A stretch of DNA of 62,882 bases. Source: Eledone cirrhosa (Eukaryota). Positions 1 to 13,815 of this stretch are shown piece by piece (the stretch's first letter is position 1; the number at the start of each line of letters is the position of its first letter). The notes under the pieces are model-generated. The model saw only the letters and a list, made by a program, of their open reading frames with translations, made no database searches and was not told the origin of the DNA. The DNA is taken from positions 1 through 62,882 of the forward strand of contig CAXHJY010000960.1 in assembly GCA_964016885.1 (NCBI GenBank), given 5' to 3'. Both the position numbers and the translations under genes were made by a program.

Positions 1-139
1 CTCAATACTTAGAGTAGTAGAGCGGGTAGTAGGAAAAGAGTCAGGACCCCGACGGCTGAGCTCCGGCCGTTTCGACAGCTAGGTCCGGATCTAGCTGTCG
101 AAATGGCCAGAGCTCAGCCGTCGGGGTCCTGACTCTTTT

Positions 140-143
<4 letters not shown>
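1..143. mobile_element. Family A PLE-like palindromic element (arms 30-143); carries only the hammerhead 3' half
   Basis: taggaaaagagtcaggacccc...gtttcgacagctag/gtccggat/ctagctgtcgaaa...ggggtcctgactcttttccta, then (TA)n. Other copies: 519-627, 1848-2000, 2015-2209, 2226-2298, 5618-5813, 7074-7228, 21864-21978, 23111-23300. Confidence 0.75.
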
Positions 144-199
<56 letters not shown>

Positions 200-221
200 T
201 GAACAACACAAAATATAACTA

Positions 222-285
222 CTCCATTACCAAAGGTTTCTGGATCACAGACAATATTAATATACGTCTGGATCGGTCATCAGAC

Positions 286-289
<4 letters not shown>
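222..289 (-). ncRNA. Type I hammerhead ribozyme motif
   Basis: Minus: ctctgt CTGATGA ccgatccagac...gtctgtgatcca GAAA cc-ttt-gg T A atggag. Confidence 0.7.
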
Positions 290-333
<44 letters not shown>

Positions 334-463
334 AACTTTTATTTAAATTGTTGGGTTAACAACGAGTAAATATTTATAACTGATATAAAAGCACTCAACA
401 AGTATTTGGAGTATAATGAAATAAATATGGTTTTATAAATATAGTTTCCATTTATTTAATATC

Positions 464-520
<57 letters not shown>

Positions 521-684
521 GGAACGAGTAGGTCCTACTCGTTCCTATTACCCACTCTACTACCCTAAGTATTGAGTACTTTGGTGCGTTATGGTCCACT
601 TGGTTCCTTACCACATTTCCTTCGTTATATATATATATATATATATGAATATATATATATAACGAAGGAAATGTGTGTGGGTGG

Positions 685-715
<31 letters not shown>

Positions 716-795
716 GGTATAATGTGTGTATATATATATATATATATAAAGAATTAAAAAGAACAGAAAGATGCAGTAAAAGAGATTTATTCGGT

Positions 796-910
796 TCTTA
801 CGTACGTTTCAATAGACATCTATTTGCCTAGATCTCGCTACATCTATAATATTATATATTTAGTAGAGCATTCGATATCCAATGCACAATCGATCCCATA
901 TCATCAGAGA
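796..910 (-). ncRNA. Type I hammerhead motif, long stem II, palindromic stem III ACGTACGT
   Basis: Minus: tct CTGATGA tatggga...tctatt GAAA cgtacg T A aga; stem I only 3 bp. Confidence 0.55.
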
Positions 911-912
911 TT

Positions 913-957
<45 letters not shown>

Positions 958-1228
958 GTTTGACACATTTTTTGATATTTTGTTCCTTCAACACCTTGTC
1001 CCTTCTACTATTTTATCAATTTTTAAGCTAACTCCAACAATGACAACACTAATAACTGACCAATGAGAGGAGAAGGGGACCTGTGACACGAAAATTCGTT
1101 TGTTTGAATTCATATGACTCCAGTTCCCCAGAGAATTAACAACCCAGCAAGGAACTGGGCATATCAGAGTATTGACAATATCATACACCTAAACAACATA
1201 TGTACTTGTCTATACCATACTAATTCAA

Positions 1229-1283
1229 ACTGCCTGAAGAGGTCACAGCCAAAGATGGCTGTCACTGAAATATATATAGCAGT
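1229..1283 (+). ncRNA. Type I hammerhead motif
   Basis: actgc CTGAAGA ggtcacagcc-aaagat-ggctgtcact GAAA tatata T A gcagt; predicted cleavage after 1278. Confidence 0.82.
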
Positions 1284-1429
1284 AATAAACGAAGCTAAAT
1301 TTTAATCATTTGACTTTTATTTAACTTTATTTTACACTACTCCGGAGTAACCAAACCAACCTGCGCACTTCGTCGAGTGCTCCAGCCTGCATACTGAGGT
1401 GTTGGTATACAACCAACATAAACTCAAAA

Positions 1430-1513
<84 letters not shown>

Positions 1514-2014
1514 TATAATTTAGTTTATTGTAGCAGCGAAGCCGTAGCAGTGACTCGGAGAACAGGAGTTTCGTGTGTGATATATTTTTTCAAACGTATT
1601 TGAAAGAATGCATTTCATACGAAACATCTGACGGATCATAACTGGGGCTCCACGGCTCTAAGTAGATTATATATACACAATTACACGGGTTTCTCTCGTT
1701 TGCACAGCCGAACCTATATATCTATATATGTATATAATATAAATGCATGGACACACACATAAACACAGACACACACACTATATATATATATTTCCTTCGT
1801 TATATATATATACCAAGTTCTTTACTACTATATATATATATATATATAACAAAGAGAGTGTAGTAAGATACCAGGTCGACCATAACGCAGCAGAGTACTC
1901 AATACTTAGAGTAGTAGAGCGGGTAGTAGGAAAAGAGTTAGGACCCCGACGGCTGAGCTCCGGCCGTTTCGACAGCTAGGTCCGGATCTAGCTGTCGAAA
2001 TATATATATATATA

Positions 2015-2209
2015 TAGGAACAAGTAAGACCCCGACGGCTGAGCTCAAGCCGTTTCGACGGCTAATTCTGGGTCCAGAATTAGCCGTCGAAACGGCTTGA
2101 GCTCAGCCGTCGGGGTCCTACTCGTTCCTATTACCCACTCTACTACCCTAAGTATTGAGTACTTTGGTGCGTTATGGTCCACCTGGTTCCTTACCACATT
2201 TCTTCCGTT
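2015..2209 (+). mobile_element. Family A element: palindrome plus about 80 nt tail, in (TA)n
   Basis: Arms 2015-2130 around gt; GAAA-CGGCT..AGCCG-TC-GGGGTCC (stem III plus GUC site); tail ttacccactc...ccgtta. Confidence 0.78.
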
Positions 2210-2358
2210 ATATATATATATATATTTCGACAGCTAGATCCGGACCTATTGCCTCCTGGCAATATTACGCAAATATGACCCTCCCCAAGTATAACAATAT
2301 ATATATATATATATATATATAATATAAGATCAAAAGATGGTTAAAGGAGTTCAATATA

Positions 2359-2425
2359 TTTTATTATGCGCATTTCAAAAACAAACATCATCAAACAATA
2401 ATATTTGTGTTTTCATCAGATAAAA
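2359..2425 (-). ncRNA. Type I hammerhead motif (family B)
   Basis: Reverse complement of 2533-2599. Confidence 0.8.
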
Positions 2426-2532
2426 CAGGAGAACATGATATGAAGGCTAAAAAAACACTTGTTGATAGTGCAGTTTTAAATCAACTGCACTATCAACAAG
2501 TGTTTTTTTAGCCTTCATATCATGTTCTCCTG

Positions 2533-2599
2533 TTTTATCTGATGAAAACACAAATATTATTGTTTGATGATGTTTGTTTTTGAAATGCGCATAATAAAA
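2533..2599 (+). ncRNA. Type I hammerhead motif (family B), palindromic stem III ATGCGCAT
   Basis: ttttat CTGATGA aaacacaaatattat...tgatgtttgttttt GAAA tgcgca T A ataaaa; predicted cleavage after 2593. Confidence 0.82.
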
Positions 2600-2722
2600 T
2601 ATATTGAACTCCTTTAACCATCTTTTGATCTTATATTATGCATACTCCAGTCCCACAAACTGTAGAGTGCTTCTTATCCGATATCTGCATTGCTTTATTG
2701 TACTACAATAAAACTCACCTCC

Positions 2723-2783
<61 letters not shown>

Positions 2784-2820
2784 ATATAAGATCAAAAGAT
2801 GGTTAAAAGAGTTCCATGTA

Positions 2821-2887
2821 TTTTATTATGCGCATTTCAAAAACAAATATCATCATGAGATGACATTTGCGTTTTCGTCAGATAAAA
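2821..2887 (-). ncRNA. Type I hammerhead motif (family B variant, CUGACGA)
   Basis: Minus: ttttat CTGACGA aaacgcaaatgtcatc...gatgatatttgttttt GAAA tgcgca T A ataaaa. Confidence 0.8.
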
Positions 2888-2977
2888 TAGGAATACATGA
2901 TGTGAAGGTTAAAAAACACTTGTGAATAGTGAAGTTTTAAATCAACATATCTGCATTGCTTTATTGTACTGCAATAA

Positions 2978-3128
<151 letters not shown>

Positions 3129-3211
3129 TGTGTGTGTGTGTGTATACATTCATATAAGTATACAGTTTTTTAGACTAACAGATCATGCTTCCGGATATAT
3201 CTTGGAATATA

Positions 3212-3252
<41 letters not shown>

Positions 3253-4093
3253 TTTAAATACATTAAATGTGTGTGTATGTGTACGTGTGTGTATGTGTAT
3301 GTGTGTGTAAGTGTGTGTAATGTATTTATATACACACACACACTCCCTAATGCGTTATATACATATACGAGTATGTATATCCATCTGTAAATACTTAAAA
3401 CTTTACCTAGCTGATGTTAAAATCTTCTGACACACACACAACATATTCTTATTATACACAGAAATGTTGGCATCAGTTGTAAGAAGACTACACTTTTACT
3501 GTTCCCTCTACATTACATCTATTTCTGCTCCAACTGTTTATGTTGTTGTTGCAGTTGTGGTTGTTGTTGTTGCACTAGAACTTCTACTCTAACTCCTGAG
3601 AAAGTCGTACGGGGCCCATAGTGATTGATATACAGCGTTTCTAGGGCATCGTTTTAAACCCTGTCAAAACCATCTCCAGGTTTGAACCCAGCAGATTTCC
3701 TCCAGAGAAGGCTAGAAGAGAGAAAGAGGTATAGAGACAGAAGCGACACCAGTATTTGACTGGTACTTTTTTATCGACCGTATCTAGGATTATATTATCC
3801 AAATGTGTCAGCCTCCCATCGTTTTATTTAATGGTAGGCTTGCTGTTCAAGGTAAACCTGGCTGTTGTTTCTTATCAGTCTAGTGACCATACAGGCGCTC
3901 TCGTTGCTGTCTTTGCTGTGGTCTGTGTAGTTATTGTTGGTTGTGGTTGTTTAGCGACCGAACATGCCTTCCGATCAAAGGAGTTCCAGTGGCGACTATA
4001 CCGCCTATAGAATCTTCTGTCATAGTATATCTAGGAGTACAATATTTAATTTGTCTCTTTCACAGATGTGTGTGGTATCAAGATTTGGTTGCA

Positions 4094-4927
4094 GTAGTGT
4101 AGTGTATCGTGCTGTAATATAGTGTAGTGTAGTGTAGTATTGTGTAATGCATCGTACTGTAGTGTAGTGCTGTATAATGTAGTGTAGTGTTGTATAATGT
4201 AGTGTAGTGTAATGTGGTGTAGTGTATTGTACTGTAATATAGTGTAGTGTAGTATAGTGTAGTGTAGTATAGTGTAGTGTAGTGTAGTGTAGTGTAGTAT
4301 AGTGTAGTGTAGTGTAGTATAGTGTAGTGTAGTGTTGTGTAATGTAGTGTAATGTAGTGCAATGTAGTGTAGTGTAATGTAGTGTATCGTGCTGTAGCGT
4401 AGTGTAGTGTAGTGTAGTGTAGTGTAGTGTAGTGTAGTGTAGTGTAATGTAGTGTAGTGTAATGTAGTGTAATGTAGTGTAGTGTAGTGTAATGTAGTGT
4501 AGTGTAATGTAGTGTAGTGCAGTGTAGTATAGTGTAGTGTTGTGTGGTGTAATGTAATGTATCGTGCTGTAGCGTAGTGTAGTGTAGTGTAGTGTAGTGT
4601 AGTGTAGTGTAGTGTAGTGTAGTGTAGTGTAGTGTAGTGTTGTGTAGTGTAGTGTTGTGTAGTGTAGTGTAGTGTAGTGTAGTGTAGTGTAGTGTAGTGT
4701 AGTGTAGTGTAGTGTAGTGTTGTGTAGTGTAGTGTTGTGTAGTGTAGTGTTGTGTAGTGTAGTGTAGTGTAGTGTAGTGTAGTGTAGTGTAGTGTAGTGT
4801 AGTGTAGTGTAGTGTAGTGTAGTGTAGTGTAGCGTAGTGTAGTGTTGTGTTGTGTAGTGTAGTGTTGTGTAGTGTAGTGTAGTGTAGTGTAGTGTAGTGT
4901 AGTGTAGTGTAGTATAGTGTTGTGTAG
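4094..4927. repeat. (GTAGT)n pentanucleotide satellite
   Basis: Direct reading; explains the HYTTL ORFs. Confidence 0.95.
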
Positions 4928-5115
4928 TACCTCCAACCTACGATGGTAATATTGTCACTGTTGATGATGATGATCGTTGTCATAACATGTAACACTACGT
5001 ACATCCACGCTGCTAGAGACAGTCTATCCTACTGCACATAACACATCTGTTTGGAATTTACAGAAACAGCAGCAGCAACAACAACAACAACAACAGCAGC
5101 AGCAGCAACGGAGGC

Positions 5116-5155
<40 letters not shown>

Positions 5156-5219
5156 ATAGTTGAGGTGGTAAAGGGTGTAGAGAACGCTTGTGCGTGCGTG
5201 TATGTGTAAACAAACACAG

Positions 5220-5350
<131 letters not shown>

Positions 5351-5442
5351 CGCGCGTGTGTGTGAGTGCATGCACACTCACACGCAGACAATTATATGTA
5401 TATATATACATACATACGTATATATATATATATATATATATA

Positions 5443-5501
<59 letters not shown>

Positions 5502-5566
5502 TAAAATCCCGACCTCGGCACCAAGCCATATCTCTGCACCTACTCTACATCTCCCATGATTGAGGA

Positions 5567-5617
<51 letters not shown>

Positions 5618-5618
<1 letters not shown>

Positions 5619-5813
5619 GAAACGATTCAGAACCCCGACGGCTGAGCTCCGGCCGTTTCAACAGCTGGATCCGAACTAAGGATCTCGCTGTTGAAACGGC
5701 CGGAGCTCAGCCGTCGGGGTTCTGAATCTTTTCATATTGCTCACTCTACAAACCTAAGTATCGAGTACTCTGGTGGGTTATGGTCCACCTGGTATATTAC
5801 CTCACCATATCTG
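5618..5813 (+). mobile_element. Family A subfamily palindrome plus tail, in (TA)n
   Basis: atgaaacgattcagaaccccgacggc...gccgtcggggttctgaatcttttcat, then tail to ctcaccatatctga. Confidence 0.72.
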
Positions 5814-5856
<43 letters not shown>

Positions 5857-5979
5857 GAAGGTGAGTTTTATTGTAGTACAATAAAGCAATGCAGATATCG
5901 GATAAGAAGCACTCTACAGTTTGTGGGACTGGAGTATGCATAATATAAGATCAAAAGATGGTTAAAGGAGTTCCATATA

Positions 5980-6046
5980 TTTTATTATGCGCATTTCAAA
6001 AACAAACATCATCAAGCAATAATATTTGTGTTTTCATCAGATAAAA
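5980..6046 (-). ncRNA. Type I hammerhead motif (family B)
   Basis: Same core and stems as 2533-2599. Confidence 0.8.
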
Positions 6047-6174
6047 CAGGAGAACATGATATGAAGGCTAAAAAAACACTTGTTGATAGTGCAGTTTTTA
6101 ATCAACATATATATGTTGATTAAAAACTGCACTATCAACAAGTGTTTTTTTAGCCTTCATATCATGTTCTCCTG

Positions 6175-6241
6175 TTTTATCTGATGAAAACACAAATATT
6201 ATTGCTTGATGATGTTTGTTTTTGAAATGCGCATAATAAAA
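6175..6241 (+). ncRNA. Type I hammerhead motif (family B)
   Basis: ttttat CTGATGA aaacac...gttttt GAAA tgcgca T A ataaaa. Confidence 0.8.
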
Positions 6242-6273
6242 TATATGGAACTCCTTTAACCATCTTTTGATCT

Positions 6274-6339
<66 letters not shown>

Positions 6340-6407
6340 ATAACAGTGACATATACAAGTGCTTAAGTGCCGTTGGTTTATATATGTGTGTGCATGTATA
6401 CACTCAC

Positions 6408-6462
<55 letters not shown>

Positions 6463-6466
6463 GGGG

Positions 6467-6511
<45 letters not shown>

Positions 6512-6805
6512 CAAAAATGAGGAGCACTCTATCTCAAAATTATTTTTGAAAAGCATTAGAAATGCGCAACCGGTAAAAACTTAAAACTAAAACTGAATTC
6601 CCGCCGAGGTTAACTTTGCCTTTCATCCTTACGGGGTCGATAAAATAAAGTACCAGTAATGCACTGGGTAATTGCTGGCCTTGTGCCTAACAGAAACAAT
6701 TACTAATTTATACTTATTCCTAATTAAACTATTGGTAGCATATACTGCCAATACAGGAATTGAAATATCAAGACCGTAGCGGTATGCCATATATCAAATC
6801 ATATA

Positions 6806-6870
6806 TTTTATCTGACGAGAACGTACTGAAAAAAACAACACAGTACCTTCGAAATATATATAATAAAGCA
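6806..6870 (+). ncRNA. Type I hammerhead motif
   Basis: ttttat CTGACGA gaacgtactg...cagtaccttc GAAA tatatata T A ataaag. Confidence 0.8.
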
Positions 6871-7022
6871 TATATTTTGATTATGTAAATATCTTCATTT
6901 GTTAATATTTAGAATAATATTAAAAACTCCAGGAGAATTTTATTTTATTCACTGTTGAGTGCTTTTAATCTATTGTAAAACTGTATTCATTGAGTAATCA
7001 ATGAACCATATTAATTTTGGTT

Positions 7023-7065
<43 letters not shown>

Positions 7066-7228
7066 TATATATATAGGAACGAGTAGGACCCCGACGGCTG
7101 AGCTCAAGCCGTTTCGACGGCTAATTCTGGACTAAATACTCGTTCCTATTACCCACTCTACTACCCGAAGTATTGAGTACTTTTGTGCGTTATGGTCCAC
7201 CTGGTTCCTTACCACATTTCCTTCGTTA

Positions 7229-7315
<87 letters not shown>

Positions 7316-7770
7316 TTCACTGTACCTGCAAAGTTTGACCTGCAGCGAAGTCTCTATGTGAGTGCATGCACATGTGTGTATATATGTATATGTGTTTACG
7401 TATATATATGTGAGACTAAGTGTGTATATGTGTGGGTATATCTATGTGTGAATATGTGTCTGTAACCGCCCGTGAATATATGTGTGAATGTGTGTGTATA
7501 TCTATGTATATACGTGTGAGTAGTATAGCATGTGTGTATAAATATGCTCGCGGTATGCTCTATGTATGTGTATGCATGTGTGTGTATGCATATATGTAAT
7601 TACACCTATAAGAGTATTGTGTCTGTGTGTCTGTCTGTGGACTGTGTGTATATGTATGTTTATATATGTGCGCTTGTCAATGTGTATGTGCGAATGTATG
7701 TGCGAGTCTGTGTGTGCGTATGCCTGAGTATATGAATATGCCAGTGTCTCTATGTGTAAGTTTACGTACG

Positions 7771-7801
<31 letters not shown>

Positions 7802-8494
7802 GTGCGTGTGTGTATGTGTGTGTGTATATGTGGGTGTGTGTGTATATATATATATGTGTGTGTGTGTGTCTGTAGGTGTCGTCTTTTCTCCTGCACAAAA
7901 GTTTTTTTTTCTGCTTCCATTCAGCTTTCTGTTAAACATATACACACACACACACACATACACACACATACACACATACACACACATACACACACACGCA
8001 CACACACTCAAACACACACACATACACACACACACACACACTCACATGCATACACACACACTCACGCACACACACTCACACACACACACACATACTCACA
8101 CACACACACACACACAGACACACACATGCACACACACATGCACACACACACACACATGCACACACACACATGCACACACACTAACACAAACACACTCATA
8201 TATATATATATACATTATACATACATACATCCTCACTAGCAGTTAAACAGAAGAGCTTATATATATACATACGTACGTGTGTACGTGCATGTGTATGTGT
8301 TTGAATGTGTATCTGTGTGTTTGTGTATCAGTGTGTATGTTTTTGTCTGTGTGTGAGTGTGTGTGTGTATATACGTGAGTGTGTGTGTATGTGTGTGTGT
8401 GTGTACTGTCACATGACCAGTCGAATTTCGCGTGTATAAAAATGCATCATTTAAGTTTATCCTAAAAATCTCTATATTATACATACACACATCT

Positions 8495-9280
8495 ATGTAT
8501 GTGTATATATGTATGTGTATATATGTATGTGTATATATGTATGTGTATATATGTATGTGTATGTATGTATGTGTATATATGTATGTGTATATATGTATGT
8601 GTATATATGTATGTGTATATATGTATGTGTATATATGTATGCGTATGTATGTATGTGTATATATGTATGTGTATATATGTATGTGTATGTATGTATGTGT
8701 ATATATGTATGTGTATATATGTATGTGTATATATGTATGTGTATGTATGTATGTGTATATATGTATGTGTATATATGTATGTGTATATATGTATGTGTAT
8801 GTATGTATGTGTATATATGTATGTGTATATATGTATGTGTATGTATGTATGTGTATATATGTATGTGTATCTATGTATGTGTATATATGTATGTGTATAT
8901 ATGTATGTGTATATATGTATGTGTATATATGTATGTGTATATATGTATGCGTATGTATGTATGTGTATATATGTATGTGTATATATGTATGTGTATGTAT
9001 GTATGTGTATATATGTATGTGTATATATGTATGTGTATATATGTATGTGTATGTATGTATGTGTATATATGTATGTGTATATATGTATGTGTATATATGT
9101 ATGTGTATGTATGTATGTGTATATATGTATGTGTATATATGTATGTGTATGTATGTATGTGTATATATGTATGTGTATATATGTATGTGTATATATGTAT
9201 GTGTATGTATGTATGTGTATATATGTATGTGTATATATGTATGTGTATATATGTATGTGTATATATGTATGTGTATATAT
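8495..9280. repeat. 12-bp minisatellite (ATATGTATGTGT)n
   Basis: Direct reading. Confidence 0.92.
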
Positions 9281-9409
9281 GCACGTGTGTATATATGTAC
9301 GTGTGTATATGTATGTTTATGCGTATATATATATGCATATATATATGTATTATAGCCATAAGTTGCATGTTTAAAGGGACTTTTGAAACTTTTAGAGATC
9401 CCTCCTCAC

Positions 9410-9462
<53 letters not shown>

Positions 9463-9465
9463 ATA

Positions 9466-9508
<43 letters not shown>

Positions 9509-9624
9509 TATCACAAATACAATGTATATGTATAATGGGGCGGAACCACGCCTTTCTTAACAGGGTGTGGTGTTGTGAGTGTGTAGTGGGGGTGTTGATG
9601 GTGGTTGTGGTAAAGTTATATAAC

Positions 9625-10260
9625 AGACCACCTGATCAGCCAGCCAACCACCTAACCAGCCAGCTAGCCATCCCACTAATTAACCAACAAACCAGCCAAC
9701 CAATCAACCAACCAACAAACCAGCCAACCACCTAAACAGCTGCCAGCCACCCAACTAACTAGCCAACAAACAAACCAGCCAGCCAACCAGCAAACCAACC
9801 AGCAAACTACCCAGCCAGCCAGCCAACCAACCAGCCAACCAGCCAGCCAGCCACCCAACTAACTAATAACTAACCAACGAACCAACCTGCCAGCCAACCA
9901 CCCAACCCACCAACCAGCCAACCAGCCAACCAGCCAACAAACCAACCACCTAACCAGCAAACCAGCCAACCAACCTACCTGCCTACTAATAAACCAGCCA
10001 GCCAGCCAGCCAGCCAATTGAAAGCACGCCCTCTCCACAGAACCTACCGACAAGCCAGGCAACTGTCGAAAACCACCGTCAAACCAACCTGCCAGCCAAC
10101 CAAACAACCAGCCAGCCAGCCAGCCAGTCATCCAGCCAGCCAGCCAGATAGACAGACAGACAGACAGCCAGCCAGCCAGCCAGCCAGCCAGCCATCCATT
10201 CACCCATCCAGCCATCCAGACAGACAGCCAGCCAGCCAGACACAGCCAGCCAGCCAGCAC
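9625..10260. repeat. Degenerate (CCAG/CCAA)n tetranucleotide repeat
   Basis: Direct reading. Confidence 0.85.
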
Positions 10261-10409
10261 ACCTTGTCTTACTGCCGCTGCTGTTTCTGCTGTTGCTGTT
10301 GCTGCTGTTACTGCTGCTGCTGCTGCTGCTACTAAGAGTTACTTCCTCCATCTCAGTGTTACACGCTTCTTCTACGGCAGAGAGAGATACAGAGAGACAC
10401 AAACCATTC

Positions 10410-10785
10410 ACCAAAAAACAACAACAACAATAACAACAGCTAGAGCCACAACTACACCCAAAGCAACAACAACAACGACTACTACAACATCAACAACTAC
10501 CACCACCACTACTACTACTACTACAACAGCCACTACTACTATAGCCACTACTACTACTACTATTATTACAACGGTGGCTATTACTACTACGACTTCTACT
10601 ACTACTACTACTGCTACTGCTGCTGCTGCTGCTGCTGCTGGTACTACTACTACTACTACTACTACTACTACAATGACCAACCAGAACAGCTGTGACAACG
10701 TAACCATCATCATCATCAATAACAACAACTAGAACCACAACGGTTACACCCACAGAACCAACACCTACCACTACCACCACTACTA

Positions 10786-10817
<32 letters not shown>

Positions 10818-11024
10818 ACTACTACTACTACTACTACTACTACTGTAATGACCAACCAGAGCAGCTGTGACAACAACAACAACAACAGCAACAACAATAT
10901 CAGTGAACTTTAATAAACAATACCGCCACCTCCACCGCCATCATCCATCCGACACCATCGCCGCCGTCAACTTCACCGTAAACCACAACTTGTTTCTTAA
11001 ACATCATCAACGCCACTACATCTC

Positions 11025-11074
<50 letters not shown>

Positions 11075-11815
11075 GCTACCAATATCACTGCTATCACGGC
11101 CACCTGAAGCACCACCCATAAATACTGCTGCCACAACTACCACCACCATTACCACTACAACAACAACATCAACAAGTTGTTACTACTACTACTACTACTA
11201 CTACTGCTGCTGCTGCTACTGCTACTACTACTACTACTACTACGATTCTTTTTGCGACGGATACTTCAGTGATAAAAAAAAGTATATATATTTACCTTAT
11301 TTAAATATTACCACACCCACTACTAACACCTATACTATCATTAATACCACCACCACCAACAACAACAACAACAACACCACCACCAACACCACTAATACCA
11401 CCAATAACAACAACAACATCACTACCACCACCACCACCACTACTAATACCACCACCAACAACAACAACAACATTACCATCACCAACAACACCACCACCAA
11501 CACCACTAATACCACCAACAACAACAACAACAACACCACCACCACCAACAACACTAATACCACCACCAACAACAACAACAACATTACCATCACCACCAAC
11601 AACAACAACACCACCACCAACAACAACAACAACACCACCACCACCACCACCAACACCACTAATACCACCACCAACAACAGCAACAACAACAACATCTTTA
11701 ATAACAACAACAATAACAAGTATTGCAACTGTCACAACCCATATTTAATGCAACAACAACAGCAACAACAACAACACCATTAGCAGTAGCAGCAGCAGCA
11801 GCAGTAGTCGTAGTA
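10410..11815. repeat. Compound trinucleotide repeats (TAC/AAC/CAC/TGC)
   Basis: Direct reading. Confidence 0.85.
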
Positions 11816-12775
11816 CAAACATCATCTATACTACACACACATGCACACACACAATTCCATATATACATAGGTATACACACACGCACACACACAATTCCAT
11901 ATATACATAGGTATACACACACGCACACACACATGCACACACACAGTACCATATATACATAGGTATACACACACGCACACACTCACACACACACACGCAC
12001 ACGCACACACACAGTACCATATATACATAGGGATACGCACACGCACAGACACGCACACACGCACACACACATACACACACACACATTTCCATGCACGCAC
12101 ACACATGCACGTCTCCACTCTCATGCGGACCCATACATTTACATTGAGTTTAGATATATATATATACACATAGATATATAATATAGAGTATATAGATATA
12201 TATACATAGATATATAGATATATACATAGATATATAATATAGAGTATAAGTATATACATAGATATATAGATATATAAATAGATATACTATATCCATAGAT
12301 ATATACATATATATATAGATATATAGATATATAGATATAGATATATAGATATACAATATACATGGATATATACATATATATATAGATATATACATATATA
12401 TATATATACATATATACATAGATATACAATATATATATAGATATATACATAGATACATAGACGTATAGATCTATACATAGATATAGAATATATATAGATA
12501 TATACATATATATAGAGATATATACACAGATATATAATATATACATAGATATACAATATACATATATATACATATATATATATACATATATATACATATA
12601 TATACATATATATATACATATATATATATATAGTTAGTTAACTAGAGAGAGAGAGGGAAAAAAGAGAGAGAGCGAAATAGTAAACAGAACATTCACAATA
12701 TAATCACCACTACTACTACTATTACTACTACTGGTACTTCTTCTTCTACTAATACTACTACTACTACTACTACTT

Positions 12776-12820
<45 letters not shown>

Positions 12821-13721
12821 GAAACCAGCTGCTAATTGTGGCGAAGAATAAAAAAAAAAGGTAAATCTACGAATTCTATATCACAACTGGAATATAACCG
12901 AAACAACAGCAGCAGCAGCAGTAGCAACAACAACAACAACAATAACAACTGCAATAACAACAGCAGCAGCAACAGTAGCAGCAGTAGTAGCAGCAGTAGC
13001 AGCTACATTAACAATTAACATTAACAACAACAACAACAACTATAACTACTACAACTACTACAACTACAATAAGTATTCCAGGAAGGAGACCAAGTAAGAG
13101 AAGCACAGTTCTTATCATAACAGACGCCGGTTGCGGTGTGTCTGTTAACACATCGCTTCATTTCCTACCAACTTTGACAAAACATTGGAACTAACCACAC
13201 TTTCTCTCACTTTACAGAAGAAGAAAAAAACAATAATAATAATTAAGAATAATAATTATTATTATTTAAAACAACAGCGGACAGAATCACGAAAGACCAC
13301 ACAAAAAAAATATATATATTTATTGATATTTAATTTTAAAGAAAAAAAAACTGCTAAAAGAGAATATTTAATTCCATTCTTTGGAAAGAAAAAATATATT
13401 AACAGCAGTTAGAATCACCAAAGGAAAGAAATATTTATTGAAATATCATTTTTTAAAAAAAACAAATTTTTGAAAAGAATATTTAATTTCATTCTTTGGA
13501 GAAAAAAAAATATTGGATATATATTTTTATTTTATTTGTAATAATTTTTATTTTGTTACCAAACGAAAGCGGGTGGCGGTGAGGGAGAGTTTTACCAGGA
13601 AACAAATATTTATAATAATAATAATTAATAATAAACGGATAGAAGGAAAGAAGAAAGCAACTTCAAGTTGAGTTGTAAAAAGAACTGTGGCGACGGTGGA
13701 GCTAGACTCTGAAATTACGTC

Positions 13722-13752
<31 letters not shown>

Positions 13753-13815
13753 AACAATAACAATCATAGCTCAGTTGATATTTTGAACGGTGCGGGCCAG
13801 CAATGCCCGGTCGCC

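Larger units (their letters stand above)
2321..2726 (+). mobile_element. Family B PLE-like element: about 320 bp palindrome with two hammerheads plus about 87 nt tail
   Basis: Arms 2321-2475 and 2482-2639; tail gcatactccag...cctcctaca; (TA)n on both sides. Copies at 2779-2980, 5853-6281, 38496-38830, 45118-45345. Confidence 0.85.
5853..6281 (-). mobile_element. Family B element: tail plus about 340 bp palindrome
   Basis: Arms 5939-6281 centred on aacatatatatgtt; (TA)n flanks. Confidence 0.85.

Noticed and set aside
2321-2639. Long palindromes as DNA-transposon MITEs with TA target duplications
   Set aside because: Asymmetric tails, variable centres, non-palindromic copies and embedded hammerheads fit retrotransposition better.
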